Shown: positions 46,030 through 55,720, numbered from the stretch's first letter. The stretch: 64,000 nt of DNA from Candidatus Gastranaerophilales bacterium (GCA_944326485.1 CALVED010000006.1:18944-82943), one strand, 5' to 3'. Translations and numbers: made by a program. Notes: generated by a model not told the origin, from the sequence alone.

Positions 46030-46051
46030 TTATTTAATTTTATTAATATTA

Positions 46052-46083
46052 AAATACACGCAAGCTTGCGTGTATTTTTGTTT
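46052..46083 (+). terminator. hairpin/terminator between infC and rpmI
   Basis: Stem ATACACGCAA / TTGCGTGTAT followed by TTTTTG. Confidence 0.7.
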
Positions 46084-46176
46084 GTCATACAATATAATTA
46101 ATGTGGTTCGATTATGCGGGGGCATGTCGCATTATTGACCAAAAAGAGTCAAGTAAAGTATAAAAAGGAGAAAACT

Positions 46177-46386
46177 ATGCCAAAGATGAAAACACACCGT
46201 TCCGGTGCAAAAAGGTATAAAATTACTGCCGGCGGTAAAATTTTAAGAAGAAAAGCGGGTAAAGGCCACTTACTTCAACACAAAAGTGCTTCAAGAAAAA
46301 GAAAACTTTCTTCAATGATTGAAGTTTCTGCTACACATAAGAAACTTGTATTGAAAGAACTTCCTTACGCGAAGTGTTCAGGTTAA
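46177..46386 (+). CDS. rpmI: 50S ribosomal protein L35
   Basis: MPKMKTHRSGAKRYKIT is the canonical L35 N-terminus. The ATG at 46177 follows AAAGGAGAA. The upstream extension from 46114 was rejected. Confidence 0.93.
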   Translation: MPKMKTHRSGAKRYKITAGGKILRRKAGKGHLLQHKSASRKRKLSSMIEVSATHKKLVLKELPYAKCSG

Positions 46387-46415
46387 TGAGATTAATGAAG
46401 AAAGGAAATTAGAAA

Positions 46416-46766
46416 ATGAGAATTAAACGTGGTAATGTCTTAAGAAAAAGACATAAAAAAATATTAAAACTTGCTAAAGGCTTTAAAGGTGCAAGAAGCA
46501 GAATATTTAAAGTAGCTAATACTGCTGTAATGAAAAAATTAAAATATCAATACAGAGATAGACGTCATCTTAAAAGAAATATGCGTCGTTTATGGATTGT
46601 TAGAATCAATGCAGCTGTTAGACAACATGGTTTAAGCTATTCTAAATTTATGAATGCTCTTAAAAAATCTGAAGTTACAGTTAACAGAAAAATGCTTGCA
46701 GATTTAGCTGTTAATGAGCCTGATGCATTTTCTATTATTGTTGAAACTGCTAAAACAGCAAAATAA
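46416..46766 (+). CDS. rplT: 50S ribosomal protein L20
   Basis: [25 protein letters not shown] is the canonical L20 N-terminus. Confidence 0.95.
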   Translation: MRIKRGNVLRKRHKKILKLAKGFKGARSRIFKVANTAVMKKLKYQYRDRRHLKRNMRRLWIVRINAAVRQHGLSYSKFMNALKKSEVTVNRKMLADLAVNEPDAFSIIVETAKTAK

Positions 46767-46790
46767 TAGTAATAAATAGTCAAAATAAAT

Positions 46791-46818
46791 AAAAAAGGAG
46801 TCATCGGCTCCTTTTTTT
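46791..46818 (+). terminator. intrinsic terminator of rplT
   Basis: Stem AAGGAG / CTCCTT followed by T-rich sequence. Confidence 0.8.
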
Positions 46819-46949
46819 GTTAAGATTAATAAATATTAATATATAAAATTTATATATGTTATATATAATGTAATTTGGGAATTTAATAGATATAGTCAAT
46901 TTCTTTATTACTTATTTTCCTTCACTCCTTTTCTCCATAACAAGACTGT

Positions 46950-46972
46950 GGTCGCATAGCGACCTTTTTTTT
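46950..46972 (+). terminator. orphan intrinsic terminator (no upstream CDS)
   Basis: Stem GGTCGC / GCGACC with loop ATA, followed by T8. The rplT terminator lies about 130 nt upstream. Confidence 0.7.
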
Positions 46973-46975
46973 ATA

Positions 46976-47157
46976 ATTTAATCTAGTATCGTACTTTGTT
47001 ACCTTCTCATCCTTGCTAATAAAATGCTCTCCTTTTAAAAACTTTGCTCACTTTCGTTTTACAACGGATACAAACATAGTCAAAAACAAAGTTTTTGGTT
47101 CGTTTTGTAAAAAAAAATTCACTCACACTTTCAGCTTATCTTGAATTTTTCTCGGAC
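46976..47157 (-). repeat. family-1 repeat, full copy in reverse orientation (copy 14)
   Basis: The plus strand reads ATTTAATCTAGTATCGTACTTTGTTACC..CTCACTTTCGTTTTAC..CAAAAACAAAGTTTTTGGTTCGTTTTGTAAAAAAAAATTCACTCACACTTTCAGCTTATCTTGAATTTTTCTCGGAC. Confidence 0.92.
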
Positions 47158-47190
47158 AATATAATATATAAGAAAAATAACTGCACAAAA

Positions 47191-47213
47191 TAACCCGCAT
47201 TATATGCGGGTTA
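47191..47213 (-). terminator. intrinsic terminator of the 88-aa minus-strand ORF
   Basis: Stem TAACCCGCA / TGCGGGTTA. On the minus strand it is followed by TTTTGTG. Confidence 0.6.
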
Positions 47214-47240
47214 ATATTAATTTTAAGGAGATGATTTTGT

Positions 47241-47265
47241 GATAAAGTGTAATACTGGGTTAAAT
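47241..47265 (+). repeat. family-1 repeat, 3' stub (copy 15)
   Basis: GATAAAGTGTAATACTGGGTTAAAT, compared with consensus AACAAAGTGCGATACTAGATTAAAT. Confidence 0.65.
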
Positions 47266-47268
47266 CAT

Positions 47269-47535
47269 TCACATGTTTATATTAAATGATGAATGGGCTT
47301 TCCCTTCTCTCATTACTTGGCCAAGTGTATATATTTGTGATTGATATTTTTTAATTTCATTTGCCACTTGCCCTGAAAATACTTTGTCATTCTCTTCAAA
47401 GTATTCAATAAAAGGATTTAGAGAAATGTTTGCCATTTCTTGTTGTGCGACCTTTTGCACTTCTTGTATTGTTTTTTTCGGAAGTGTAATATTTAATCCG
47501 AAAGGATTTTTTGAAATTATTTGTTTGTCTTCCAT
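47269..47535 (-). CDS. hypothetical 88-aa protein
   Basis: ORF with RBS AAAGAGGAA. No recognisable motif. Confidence 0.5.
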   Translation of the reverse strand: MEDKQIISKNPFGLNITLPKKTIQEVQKVAQQEMANISLNPFIEYFEENDKVFSGQVANEIKKYQSQIYTLGQVMREGKAHSSFNINM

Positions 47536-47800
47536 TGTTCCTCTTTATTTTCTATATAAGATAATATTCGGATTTTTATAGTTAAACTTTAATGTTTATA
47601 TTCAATTTGTAAAGATAATAAATAATTTTGTTACAAAAATGTTTGCTTCTGATAAAATATAAACCACGTAGACAGGATAAACCATTAACAAGTAATGTTA
47701 TTAGATTAAATGGCTGTAGGGATAAATTGTAAAATTTAGTTAAAAATTAGCAAATTTTTTTTTCTATGAATTTTAAGGCAAAAGGAATAAAGAAAGAAAT

Positions 47801-49486
47801 ATGATAGATAAATTAAACCAGCCGAACGTAGTAACAAAAGAAAATAATTATATAAAAAAATTTCCGGGAGGAAAAACCGCTAAAAGTTTTTCTTCAAGTG
47901 GTTTTGCAGATAATTCACAAATATCATTTAATGGTGCACAGACAGCTGTTTTAACAGGGCTAAGAGGACTAAATAATAGCCCTGCTGTTGGTGCTTGTGC
48001 CGTTGATTTATGTTCAATGGTTATACCAAGAACCGCTATTGAATTTAAAAATAGAGGTCCTCAGTCCGGTATTGAAGCATTTTTTAGAGAAGTTTCAAGC
48101 TGCATAATTCATGCTTGTGTTGGTTTAATAGGTTTGGGTGCTGCAACTGCAATTTCAGGTAAATTTAATAAAGAGTATGGTATAAAAGCTCAAAATATTT
48201 TTGCAAGTGGTGATACCATTAAAAATATGTCAGCTATATGGGAAAATTCATCAAATAGCTCTCATAAATTTTTTGAAGGTTTTCTTTCAAGCATAAAAGG
48301 TTTAAATGGTGAAGAATGGAAAACTGTTTCAAATGAAGCAAGCGGAAAAATTGTTGAAAATCTTGTTAATTTAGCTGATAAATCAAAAGAATTAGCTGGT
48401 AAAACCGGCAGTGATAAAATAAATTTATTGAAAGAAGTAAAAGATTTAAAACAATTAGTTGTATCTCAAATAGTTCAAGATACTGGTGCTTCTGCTTCTT
48501 ATAAAATAAAAGCAAAAGAGGGAATAAAAGGAGTTTCGTCTTCTCTTGGTGAATTGGTTGATAATGCTGTAGTTCTTTCAAATTCATTTAAAACAAAGGC
48601 AGAAGATAAATTACCCGGTTTTGTAAGGGCTTTAACTCAAAATAAAACAGCTGCTACTATGTTAGGACTTGGTATATGTGCTGCTTTATGTGTATCAGTT
48701 CAGCCATTAAATAGATATTTGACGAAAATAAGAACAGGAAATGATGGTTTTGTTGGAGTAAAAGATAAAAACTCAGATCAATCTAAGGAATTTAAAACAT
48801 TAAAAACAGCTTTTGGTATTGGATTCCCTGTTTTTGCAGTAAGCACAATTGGTAAGTTAAGTGATTTTACCTCTAATGTTCAATTTAATAGTAAAATTCC
48901 TACAATAAATCAATTTAAATTATTATATGGGTTAACAATAGGAAGTCGTTTCCTTTCTGCTAGAAATAAAGATGAATTAAGAGAAAGTGTTATAAAAGAT
49001 ACTCTTGGATTTACTAATTGGTTGATTTTAGGTGGTATGGTATCTAAATTAACAGCAAGAGCATTGGGAGGGAAGGAATTAATTAATAATCCTGTAGCAA
49101 AAGAAGAAGGGAAAAAAGGCTTAGGCTATGCTTTTAAATGGCTTACAAAGGCTTCTGTTAAATCATTTGATGAAGTTCTTCTTCCAAAAGCTAAAGAAAT
49201 TGCAAAAGATGGTAAAATGCTTAAATTCTCAGAGATGTTTAAAAAGGCTGATAATGCTACAAAAACTAAAATATTGAAGATTGCAGGTTCTCAAATTGCA
49301 GGTTATTTATATTCAGGATTAGTTCTTGGTGTTGGTATATCAAAACTTAATATTTTTATTACAAAGAAGATGGAAGCTAAGAGAAATTCAGGTAAAACAA
49401 ATATAAATAATAATCCTGCCTATGGAATTGATTATTTTAAACAAGTTAAAGGTGAATTGAGTTCAGTATTCAAAGATTTTAATTAA
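47801..49486 (+). CDS. hypothetical 561-aa membrane-associated protein
   Basis: Long ORF with several hydrophobic segments (CIIHACVGLIGLGAATAI, AATMLGLGICAALCV, GFTNWLILGGMV, IAGYLYSGLVLGVGI). No recognised domain. Confidence 0.6.
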   Translation: MIDKLNQPNVVTKENNYIKKFPGGKTAKSFSSSGFADNSQISFNGAQTAVLTGLRGLNNSPAVGACAVDLCSMVIPRTAIEFKNRGPQSGIEAFFREVSSCIIHACVGLIGLGAATAISGKFNKEYGIKAQNIFASGDTIKNMSAIWENSSNSSHKFFEGFLSSIKGLNGEEWKTVSNEASGKIVENLVNLADKSKELAGKTGSDKINLLKEVKDLKQLVVSQIVQDTGASASYKIKAKEGIKGVSSSLGELVDNAVVLSNSFKTKAEDKLPGFVRALTQNKTAATMLGLGICAALCVSVQPLNRYLTKIRTGNDGFVGVKDKNSDQSKEFKTLKTAFGIGFPVFAVSTIGKLSDFTSNVQFNSKIPTINQFKLLYGLTIGSRFLSARNKDELRESVIKDTLGFTNWLILGGMVSKLTARALGGKELINNPVAKEEGKKGLGYAFKWLTKASVKSFDEVLLPKAKEIAKDGKMLKFSEMFKKADNATKTKILKIAGSQIAGYLYSGLVLGVGISKLNIFITKKMEAKRNSGKTNINNNPAYGIDYFKQVKGELSSVFKDFN

Positions 49487-49528
49487 TTTGATATAATATT
49501 AAATTATTATACTTTTATTTGAGGCTGT

Positions 49529-50752
49529 ATGTCTGTATTTTTGGATAAAGAATATTATAATCTGCTTTCTGATGACAGTAAATTCGCCTTAGAACAATCT
49601 ATTCTTATTGCTGAGAAATTAGGAATAAATATATATTTAATTGGCGGAATTGTCCGTGATTTTATTATGAATAATAAAATCAAAGATATAGATGTTGCTG
49701 TGCAGGGGGATGTGGTTTTATTTGCTAAAGAATTGGTAGAACAGACAAATTGTGAAATAATTAATATTCAAGATAAATTAAGAACAGCTAAAGTTAAATT
49801 TGAATCAGGAGTTGAAATTGATTTTGCTTCTACAAGAAAAGAAATTTATTTGTCTTCTGGTATTCTACCTCAAGCATGTGATTTTGGTTGTGATTTGATA
49901 GATGACGTTAGAAGACGAGATTTTACAATAAATACTCTTGCATTAAAACTTACAGGAAGTGATAAATTTTTATTAATTGATTATTTTAATGGTTACCAAG
50001 ATATTGTTAATAAAAAAATAAGAATATTGCATGAAAAGAGTTTTGTGGATGATCCTTCAAGAATAATAAGAGCAATAAAATTTAAAATAAGATTTAATTT
50101 TGATATTGAAGAAAATACTTATGTTCAAATGCAGCAATATTTAAATAATGTTGATAAAAAAATGCCTTTAGAACGTATTAAATCTGAATTAAGACAACTT
50201 TTTTCAATTGATAACTATAATACTTATAATGAGATAATTAAATCAAATGCTTATAAGTTAATATCAGATAATCCAATTAGAGAAATAAACATAGATAGAA
50301 TAAATGAAATTTTAAGTTATGATTTGTATGATAAGTCAGAATTTTGGTTTATTTTAATTTGCTGCCTTATAATTAATTCGGATTTTGCTTATTCAAGATT
50401 AAACATGACCGCTTTTGAACGAAAAGTATTATTTGAAACAAAGGAATTACTTTCTGTTCATGAAATTAGTATTAATGATAATGAAAAAATATATAAATTA
50501 TTTAATAATAAAATAGATTTATCTATTGCACTTTACTATATAATCTCTGGAGAGAAAAGTGTAATTAAGTTTTTAAATGTATTAAAACAGATAAAAGTTC
50601 TTATAACAGGTAAAGATTTAATAGAATTAGGATTTATACCTTCTGCATATTTTAACGAATTATTTGATAAAATTTTGAAAGAAAAGCTAAGGGGAAAATT
50701 AAAAACAAAAGAAGAAGAAAAAAAGTTTATCCAAAAATTCTTAAAAAAATAG
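49529..50752 (+). CDS. tRNA nucleotidyltransferase/poly(A) polymerase family protein (CCA-adding-like)
   Basis: LIGGIVRDFIM..KDIDVAV head-domain motif, RRDFTINTLA, and DPSRIIRAIKF. Confidence 0.8.
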   Translation: MSVFLDKEYYNLLSDDSKFALEQSILIAEKLGINIYLIGGIVRDFIMNNKIKDIDVAVQGDVVLFAKELVEQTNCEIINIQDKLRTAKVKFESGVEIDFASTRKEIYLSSGILPQACDFGCDLIDDVRRRDFTINTLALKLTGSDKFLLIDYFNGYQDIVNKKIRILHEKSFVDDPSRIIRAIKFKIRFNFDIEENTYVQMQQYLNNVDKKMPLERIKSELRQLFSIDNYNTYNEIIKSNAYKLISDNPIREINIDRINEILSYDLYDKSEFWFILICCLIINSDFAYSRLNMTAFERKVLFETKELLSVHEISINDNEKIYKLFNNKIDLSIALYYIISGEKSVIKFLNVLKQIKVLITGKDLIELGFIPSAYFNELFDKILKEKLRGKLKTKEEEKKFIQKFLKK

Positions 50753-50777
50753 AGCAGAATTTCTGCTCTATTTTTTA
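50743..50777. terminator. bidirectional terminator between the cca-like gene and metK
   Basis: A-run, stem ATAGAGCAG / CTGCTCTAT, then a T-run. Lies between convergent genes. Confidence 0.8.
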
Positions 50778-50796
50778 TAACATAAATATTATTATA

Positions 50797-52068
50797 TTAA
50801 GCTTTTGCTGCTAATTTTTCAGCTTGTTCTTTTAAAGTCTGGACTTTATCTAAATGTTCCCAAGGTACATCAAAGTCAGTTCTTCCAAGATGACCATAAG
50901 CAGCAAGTTTTTGATAAAATTTACCGCCATTTTTTGCCGGAAGATTTCTTAAATCAAAGTGATTTATTATTGCAATAGGTCTTAAATCAAAATTTTGCTC
51001 AATAAGTTTCATAATGTCATCATCAGATATCTTACCCGTACCAAAAGTTTCAACATAAATAGAAACAGGTTGAGCAACACCGATTGCATAACCAAGTTCA
51101 ATTTCACATTTGTCAGCTAATCCTGCAGCAACAATATTTTTTGCAACATATCTTGCTGCATAAGCGGCAGAACGGTCAACTTTTGTTGGGTCTTTGCCTG
51201 AAAAAGCACCGCCGCCATGTCTTGAATATCCGCCATATGTATCAACAATTATTTTTCTTCCTGTTAATCCGGCATCACCCTGAGGACCGCCTATTACAAA
51301 TCTACCTGAAGGATTTATTAAATATTTTGTTGAACTATCCGGTTTTAACGCTTCTTTTGAAAATACATAATTAATTACATGTTCTATAATATCTTTTTTA
51401 ATAATTTCTTGTATTTTTGTATTATCTGTTATTCCATCAATCTCATCATCATGTTGTGTTGAAATTACAACGGTATCAATTCGTACAGGTTTATCATTTT
51501 CATATTCAACTGTTACTTGAGATTTACCATCAGGTCTTAAGTATTTTATAAGGCCTTGTTTTCTTATTTGTGCAAGTCTATATGAAAGTTTATGTGCCAA
51601 ACTTATTGGAAGTGGCATAAGTTCAGGAGTTTCGTTACAAGCGAAACCAAACATAATACCCTGATCACCTGCTCCTATATTATTTGTTTCATTTGTTGAA
51701 ACATCTGCGTTATTATCTCTTGTTTCAAAAGCTTTATTTACTCCGCCTGAAATATCAGTTGATTGTTCATCTATACTTGTTATTACAGCACATGTTTTAC
51801 TGTCAAAACCGCCTGATGATTCTCCGGTGTATCCGATATTTTCGATTGTTGATCTTACAACATGGGGAATATCTACATAACAAGATGACGTTATTTCTCC
51901 TGATACAAGCACCATCCCTGTTGTTACTGATGTTTCAGCAGCTACTCTTGATTTGTTGTCTTTTGTTAAAAATTCATCTAAAATTGCATCCGAAATCTGA
52001 TCACATACTTTATCTGGATGTCCTTCTGTTACAGATTCAGAGGTAAATAAATATTTTTTTGAACTCAT
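50797..52068 (-). CDS. metK: S-adenosylmethionine synthetase
   Basis: [49 protein letters not shown] chose the ATG at 52068 ([11 protein letters not shown]) after GAGGAGAGAAAG; the 33-codon upstream extension was rejected. Confidence 0.95.
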   Translation of the reverse strand: MSSKKYLFTSESVTEGHPDKVCDQISDAILDEFLTKDNKSRVAAETSVTTGMVLVSGEITSSCYVDIPHVVRSTIENIGYTGESSGGFDSKTCAVITSIDEQSTDISGGVNKAFETRDNNADVSTNETNNIGAGDQGIMFGFACNETPELMPLPISLAHKLSYRLAQIRKQGLIKYLRPDGKSQVTVEYENDKPVRIDTVVISTQHDDEIDGITDNTKIQEIIKKDIIEHVINYVFSKEALKPDSSTKYLINPSGRFVIGGPQGDAGLTGRKIIVDTYGGYSRHGGGAFSGKDPTKVDRSAAYAARYVAKNIVAAGLADKCEIELGYAIGVAQPVSIYVETFGTGKISDDDIMKLIEQNFDLRPIAIINHFDLRNLPAKNGGKFYQKLAAYGHLGRTDFDVPWEHLDKVQTLKEQAEKLAAKA

Positions 52069-52114
52069 TTTGGCTTTCTCTCCTCGTTTTATGCCGTTTT
52101 CTCTTCTTTTGTTA

Positions 52115-52143
52115 ATTTTACCCCTAAAAGTTGGTATCGTCAA
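52115..52143 (-). promoter_or_regulatory. sigma70-like promoter candidate for metK
   Basis: The minus strand reads TTGACG, a 17-nt spacer, then TAAAAT, about 45 nt upstream of the metK ATG. Confidence 0.5.
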
Positions 52144-52150
52144 ATTTACT

Positions 52151-52187
52151 AAAAAAAAAGAAACCAATCTTTAGGTTTCTTTTTTTT
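52151..52187. terminator. intrinsic terminator of rpsO (bidirectional shape)
   Basis: A9, stem GAAACC / GGTTTC, then T8. Confidence 0.8.
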
Positions 52188-52199
52188 ATAATTAATTTT

Positions 52200-52475
52200 T
52201 TATTTTGATTCTCTAATATTTAATTTTTTAATTAGTTGTCTATAATCATCAAGATTTCTGTCTTTTAAGTATGATAAAAGTCTTTTTCTTCTTCCTACCA
52301 TCATTAAAAGACCACGTCTTCCTTGAAAATCTTTTGGATTAGTCTTTAAATGTTCTGTTAATTCTTGAATTTTTTCTGTTAATAATGCAACTTGGGTTTC
52401 AACACTACCGGTGTCTTTTGCATTTTTTCCATATTTTTCTATGATTTCTGTTTTGTTTTTTAAATTGATTGCCAT
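52200..52475 (-). CDS. rpsO: 30S ribosomal protein S15
   Basis: 91 aa. [28 protein letters not shown]-like [24 protein letters not shown]. Confidence 0.95.
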   Translation of the reverse strand: MAINLKNKTEIIEKYGKNAKDTGSVETQVALLTEKIQELTEHLKTNPKDFQGRRGLLMMVGRRKRLLSYLKDRNLDDYRQLIKKLNIRESK

Positions 52476-52632
52476 ATTGAATTCCTTTTTAATTTGTGAC
52501 TTTTTTCGGTGGGTAAGTCTTTTTATTATTCAGTAAGATGATAATATCATTTCAAGAATAAAATGCAATGAGTATTTTTAGGATATTTAATTTTTCTTAA
52601 ACTTATAGTTTGTTATAAATTTTTTATAAAGT

Positions 52633-53865
52633 TTAATTATTAAATACTTTGAAAAATTCTTTTAAAAATTCATAACCTTTTAAATACGATTTATAATCAA
52701 TTTGTTCATTGGCAGAATGCATATTGTAAACATCAGCAAGTCCTACTAACGTTGGTTTTAATGTTACACCGTGTTTATTTTTATTATTTGCATAAATATG
52801 AGTTTCTGCTCCTGCATGGAATGAAGAAATATCTAAATTAAGATTAAGATTTTTTCCTGCTTTTTTTGCAACTTCAACTAAAGTTTCATCGCTGCTTTTT
52901 TCAAATGGAGGCAGATGAGTAGAACTTTCAACATCTGCGATTGCCAGTCCGTTATATTTTTTATTGAATTCTTCAACTATAGATTTTATTTCATCAATAA
53001 GATTATTTTCAAATTCTCTGCTTGAGCTCCTTATAGAATAAGCTGCTCCTGCCTTTATATTGATTACATTAGTAATTGCTTTATCTAAAATGCAATCAAT
53101 ATATTTATTGCTTGATTTGTTTGACTCTTTTATATTATCAATAGCAGTTTCAATTCCGCCGCCTATAATTACACCAAGATTTATAGAAGTAATTACACCA
53201 TATTTATCTTCCTTATATACTCCTTGTGGTATATTATTAACCAATTCGGCAATTAATTTTGCTGCATTTAATCTTGTTGCATCACCTATGTCAATACCTG
53301 AATGACCGCCTTTTAACGCTTTAACATTTACAACAAGCTTTGTATAGCTGGCTCCTGCAATTTGTACTTGTCCAAGTTTATCAGCATCCATAACAAGAAC
53401 ATATTCAGAATTAATTTCATTCATCTTTACATTTCTAATACCTGACATATTTTGTTCTTCATCTCTTGTAAAAATAATTTCTAAACCGCCATGTTTAAGA
53501 TTTTTATCTTTTGATATTTCACAAGCAAGCATAATCGCTGCAGCAACTCCAGCTTTATCATCAGCACCAAGAGTTCTCGTTTTATCTGTTTCTATAATAT
53601 TCCCATTAAACTTTATATTAACAGGTGAATCATCTCCAACAACATCCATATGCGAGCTTAAAAGAAGAGACTTTTTGCTTTTATCTGTTGCTTCTATTGT
53701 TGCTGTTACATTTCCATATTCATCGGTTTTTGCAGGAATATTATTTTCTTTAAATATTTCTAATATTTTCTTTGTTACATTTTCTTCTTTTAAAGATGGT
53801 GACGGAATTTCTGCTAAAGTGCAGAATAGGTCTATTAATTTATTTTCTTTTCTTATTTCATCCAT
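52633..53865 (-). CDS. M20-family metallopeptidase (tripeptidase PepT-like)
   Basis: SHMDVV and GADDKAGVAA metal-ligand motifs. FTRDEE catalytic Glu pair. 410 aa. Confidence 0.8.
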   Translation of the reverse strand: MDEIRKENKLIDLFCTLAEIPSPSLKEENVTKKILEIFKENNIPAKTDEYGNVTATIEATDKSKKSLLLSSHMDVVGDDSPVNIKFNGNIIETDKTRTLGADDKAGVAAAIMLACEISKDKNLKHGGLEIIFTRDEEQNMSGIRNVKMNEINSEYVLVMDADKLGQVQIAGASYTKLVVNVKALKGGHSGIDIGDATRLNAAKLIAELVNNIPQGVYKEDKYGVITSINLGVIIGGGIETAIDNIKESNKSSNKYIDCILDKAITNVINIKAGAAYSIRSSSREFENNLIDEIKSIVEEFNKKYNGLAIADVESSTHLPPFEKSSDETLVEVAKKAGKNLNLNLDISSFHAGAETHIYANNKNKHGVTLKPTLVGLADVYNMHSANEQIDYKSYLKGYEFLKEFFKVFNN

Positions 53866-53983
53866 AATATTACTCCTATTTTGTTAAATTATAGACTATA
53901 TTTAATAAATAGTATACAATATTTATGTAGAAAATAGATTAGAATCAGTATAAGAAATTGTGTATTAAAAGTAAGGAAAAATT

Positions 53984-54172
53984 ATGGCAAAAGTGTTATT
54001 ATCGCTCCCTGATAAGTTTTTAGATCAAATAGATGAAATTGCGACACAAGAACAAAGAACAAGAAGCGAATTAATTCGTGAGGCTCTTCGTACATATATG
54101 AGAAGAAATATTTTATTTGATGTAAAAAAAGCAAAGGCAGATGCAGAAATATTGAATAAGATATTAGATTAA
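53984..54172 (+). CDS. ribbon-helix-helix (CopG/MetJ-type) DNA-binding protein
   Basis: KVLLSLPDKFLDQIDEIATQEQRTRSELIREALRTYM is a typical RHH beta-alpha-alpha pattern. The stop codon lies in a TAGATTAAAT motif. Confidence 0.7.
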   Translation: MAKVLLSLPDKFLDQIDEIATQEQRTRSELIREALRTYMRRNILFDVKKAKADAEILNKILD

Positions 54173-54293
54173 ATTATAATTCAGTATTTACTTTGTTACA
54201 ACGCTATCATTGCTGACAAAGTACTCGCCTTTTGAAAGTGCTGCTCATAAAATCTACTCAAACTTTTCGCTTATTGTTAATTTTTTCTCTGAC
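54170..54293 (-). repeat. family-1 repeat, degenerate short (A-C) copy in reverse orientation (copy 16)
   Basis: The plus strand reads ..CAGTATTTACTTTGTTACAACGCTATCATTGCTGACAAAGTACTCGCCTTTTGAAAGTGCTGCTC..ACTCAAACTTTTCGCTTATTGTTAATTTTTTCTCTGAC. Confidence 0.7.
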
Positions 54294-54424
54294 GTATTAA
54301 GTTTATATTCAAATTTTAAACATATAATTATATATACACCGCTAGACTTGAATTTAAATATTTTTGTAATAAAATCATGATAAATGACTTTAAAAGCTTA
54401 CTAAATAAACACTAGAGGATTTAC

Positions 54425-55024
54425 ATGGCTCGAAAAGTAATAATATGTTTTTTTATTTTATTTATAACAATATTTTTTAATCCCATAAAATCAAATGCAG
54501 AAGCTGTTTCAAAGGTAACTATAAAAGAATTAATAGTTAAGCATTCATTAGAGATGGGGTTAGATCCTGCAATGGCTTTGAGTATAGCAAAAGCAGAATC
54601 AGGGTTTTGTCATGAAAAAAGAAGTAAATATGGTGCCATTGGAGTGTTTCAATTAATGCCTTCAACGGCAAAAAGAATGGGTTATAATCCATACCATGTT
54701 AATGATAATATAAAAGGCGGGATTCAATATTATAAGTTAATGTATAAAATGTTTGGAACACCGGAATTAGCCTTAGCTGCATATAATGCAGGACCCGGTA
54801 ATGTAAAAAAATATAAAGGAGTTCCTCCTTTTAATGAAACAAGAAAATTTGTTGCCTCAATAATGAGTAGTTATAATAATTTTAAAGTTAATCCTGATCC
54901 TGTAATTTCTCAATATAAATCAGGAATAAAAGGGATTTCAGATTATAAAATAGATGACGAAGTTGATTTTAGATTAGAACATGAAGCTGTTTTAAAGTCA
55001 TTTTTATCAAGTCAGGGGATTTAG
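54425..55024 (+). CDS. lytic transglycosylase (SLT domain)
   Basis: Signal/anchor sequence. Catalytic AKAESGF..GAIGVFQLMPSTA..AYNAGPGNV motifs. Confidence 0.85.
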   Translation: MARKVIICFFILFITIFFNPIKSNAEAVSKVTIKELIVKHSLEMGLDPAMALSIAKAESGFCHEKRSKYGAIGVFQLMPSTAKRMGYNPYHVNDNIKGGIQYYKLMYKMFGTPELALAAYNAGPGNVKKYKGVPPFNETRKFVASIMSSYNNFKVNPDPVISQYKSGIKGISDYKIDDEVDFRLEHEAVLKSFLSSQGI

Positions 55025-55039
55025 AAGGTAGATGAAGTA

Positions 55040-55720
55040 ATGTTTAAAGAAATTAAAACACATGAAATTACAACTGACGTAGTTATTTTTACAATTAAGG
55101 ATAATAAACTTCAAGTTTTGCTTGTAAAGCGTGCTAATGAACCATTCAAAGGAAGATGGGCAATTCCCGGCGGATTTATAAGATTATCTGAAAATCTAGA
55201 TAGTGCAGCTTTGAGAATTTTAAAAGAAAAAACAAATGTTGATAATATTTATCTTGAACAGCTTTATACTTTTGGTGATCCTCTTAGATATCCAAGTTCC
55301 AGGGTTATCACCTGTGCTTATTTTGCATTGATAAGAAGTGATGATATTAAATTATCTTTTGATACTTCACAAGGAATTACTGAAGTACAATGGCATGAAG
55401 TTTATAATCTGCCTACGTTGGCTTTTGACCATAAAGAAATTATTGAATATTCAATAAAAAGAATGAGAGAACGTTTAGAATTCTGTCCTATAGCTTTTCA
55501 ATTATTACCGGAGAAGTTTACTTTAACTGAACTTCAAAAATCATATGAATTAATACTGGATATGAAGCTTGATAAAAGAAACTTTAGGAAGAAAGTTTTG
55601 ACAGGGTCTGTTTTGAAAGAATTAAATGAATATACAAAAATTGGTTCAAAAAGACCAGCAAGGTTGTATTCTTTTGATAATATAACTCTAAACTCTAAAA
55701 GAGGACATTTCTTCTCATAA
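55040..55720 (+). CDS. Nudix hydrolase domain fused to a C-terminal winged-helix domain (NrtR-like)
   Basis: Nudix-box region GRWAIPGGFIRLSENLDSAALRILKEKT (degenerate). The C-terminal ~90 aa follow the pattern of NrtR-type regulators. Confidence 0.6.
   Translation: MFKEIKTHEITTDVVIFTIKDNKLQVLLVKRANEPFKGRWAIPGGFIRLSENLDSAALRILKEKTNVDNIYLEQLYTFGDPLRYPSSRVITCAYFALIRSDDIKLSFDTSQGITEVQWHEVYNLPTLAFDHKEIIEYSIKRMRERLEFCPIAFQLLPEKFTLTELQKSYELILDMKLDKRNFRKKVLTGSVLKELNEYTKIGSKRPARLYSFDNITLNSKRGHFFS

Noticed and set aside
52069-52167. N-terminal extensions suggested by the ORF track: metK from 52167, rpmI from 46114, gap from 11185, the XRE gene from 22004, acyltransferase-3 from 23866 and the acetyltransferase from 29500.
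   Set aside because: Internal ATG codons preceded by good Shine-Dalgarno sequences give N-termini matching the canonical family starts. The extensions encode atypical sequence and would cover promoter or terminator elements.
52069-52199. Looked for a SAM riboswitch upstream of metK.
   Set aside because: Only ~45 nt lie between a good TTGACG-17-TAAAAT promoter and the ATG. The rest of the spacer is the rpsO terminator, leaving no room for a SAM-I/II/III aptamer.
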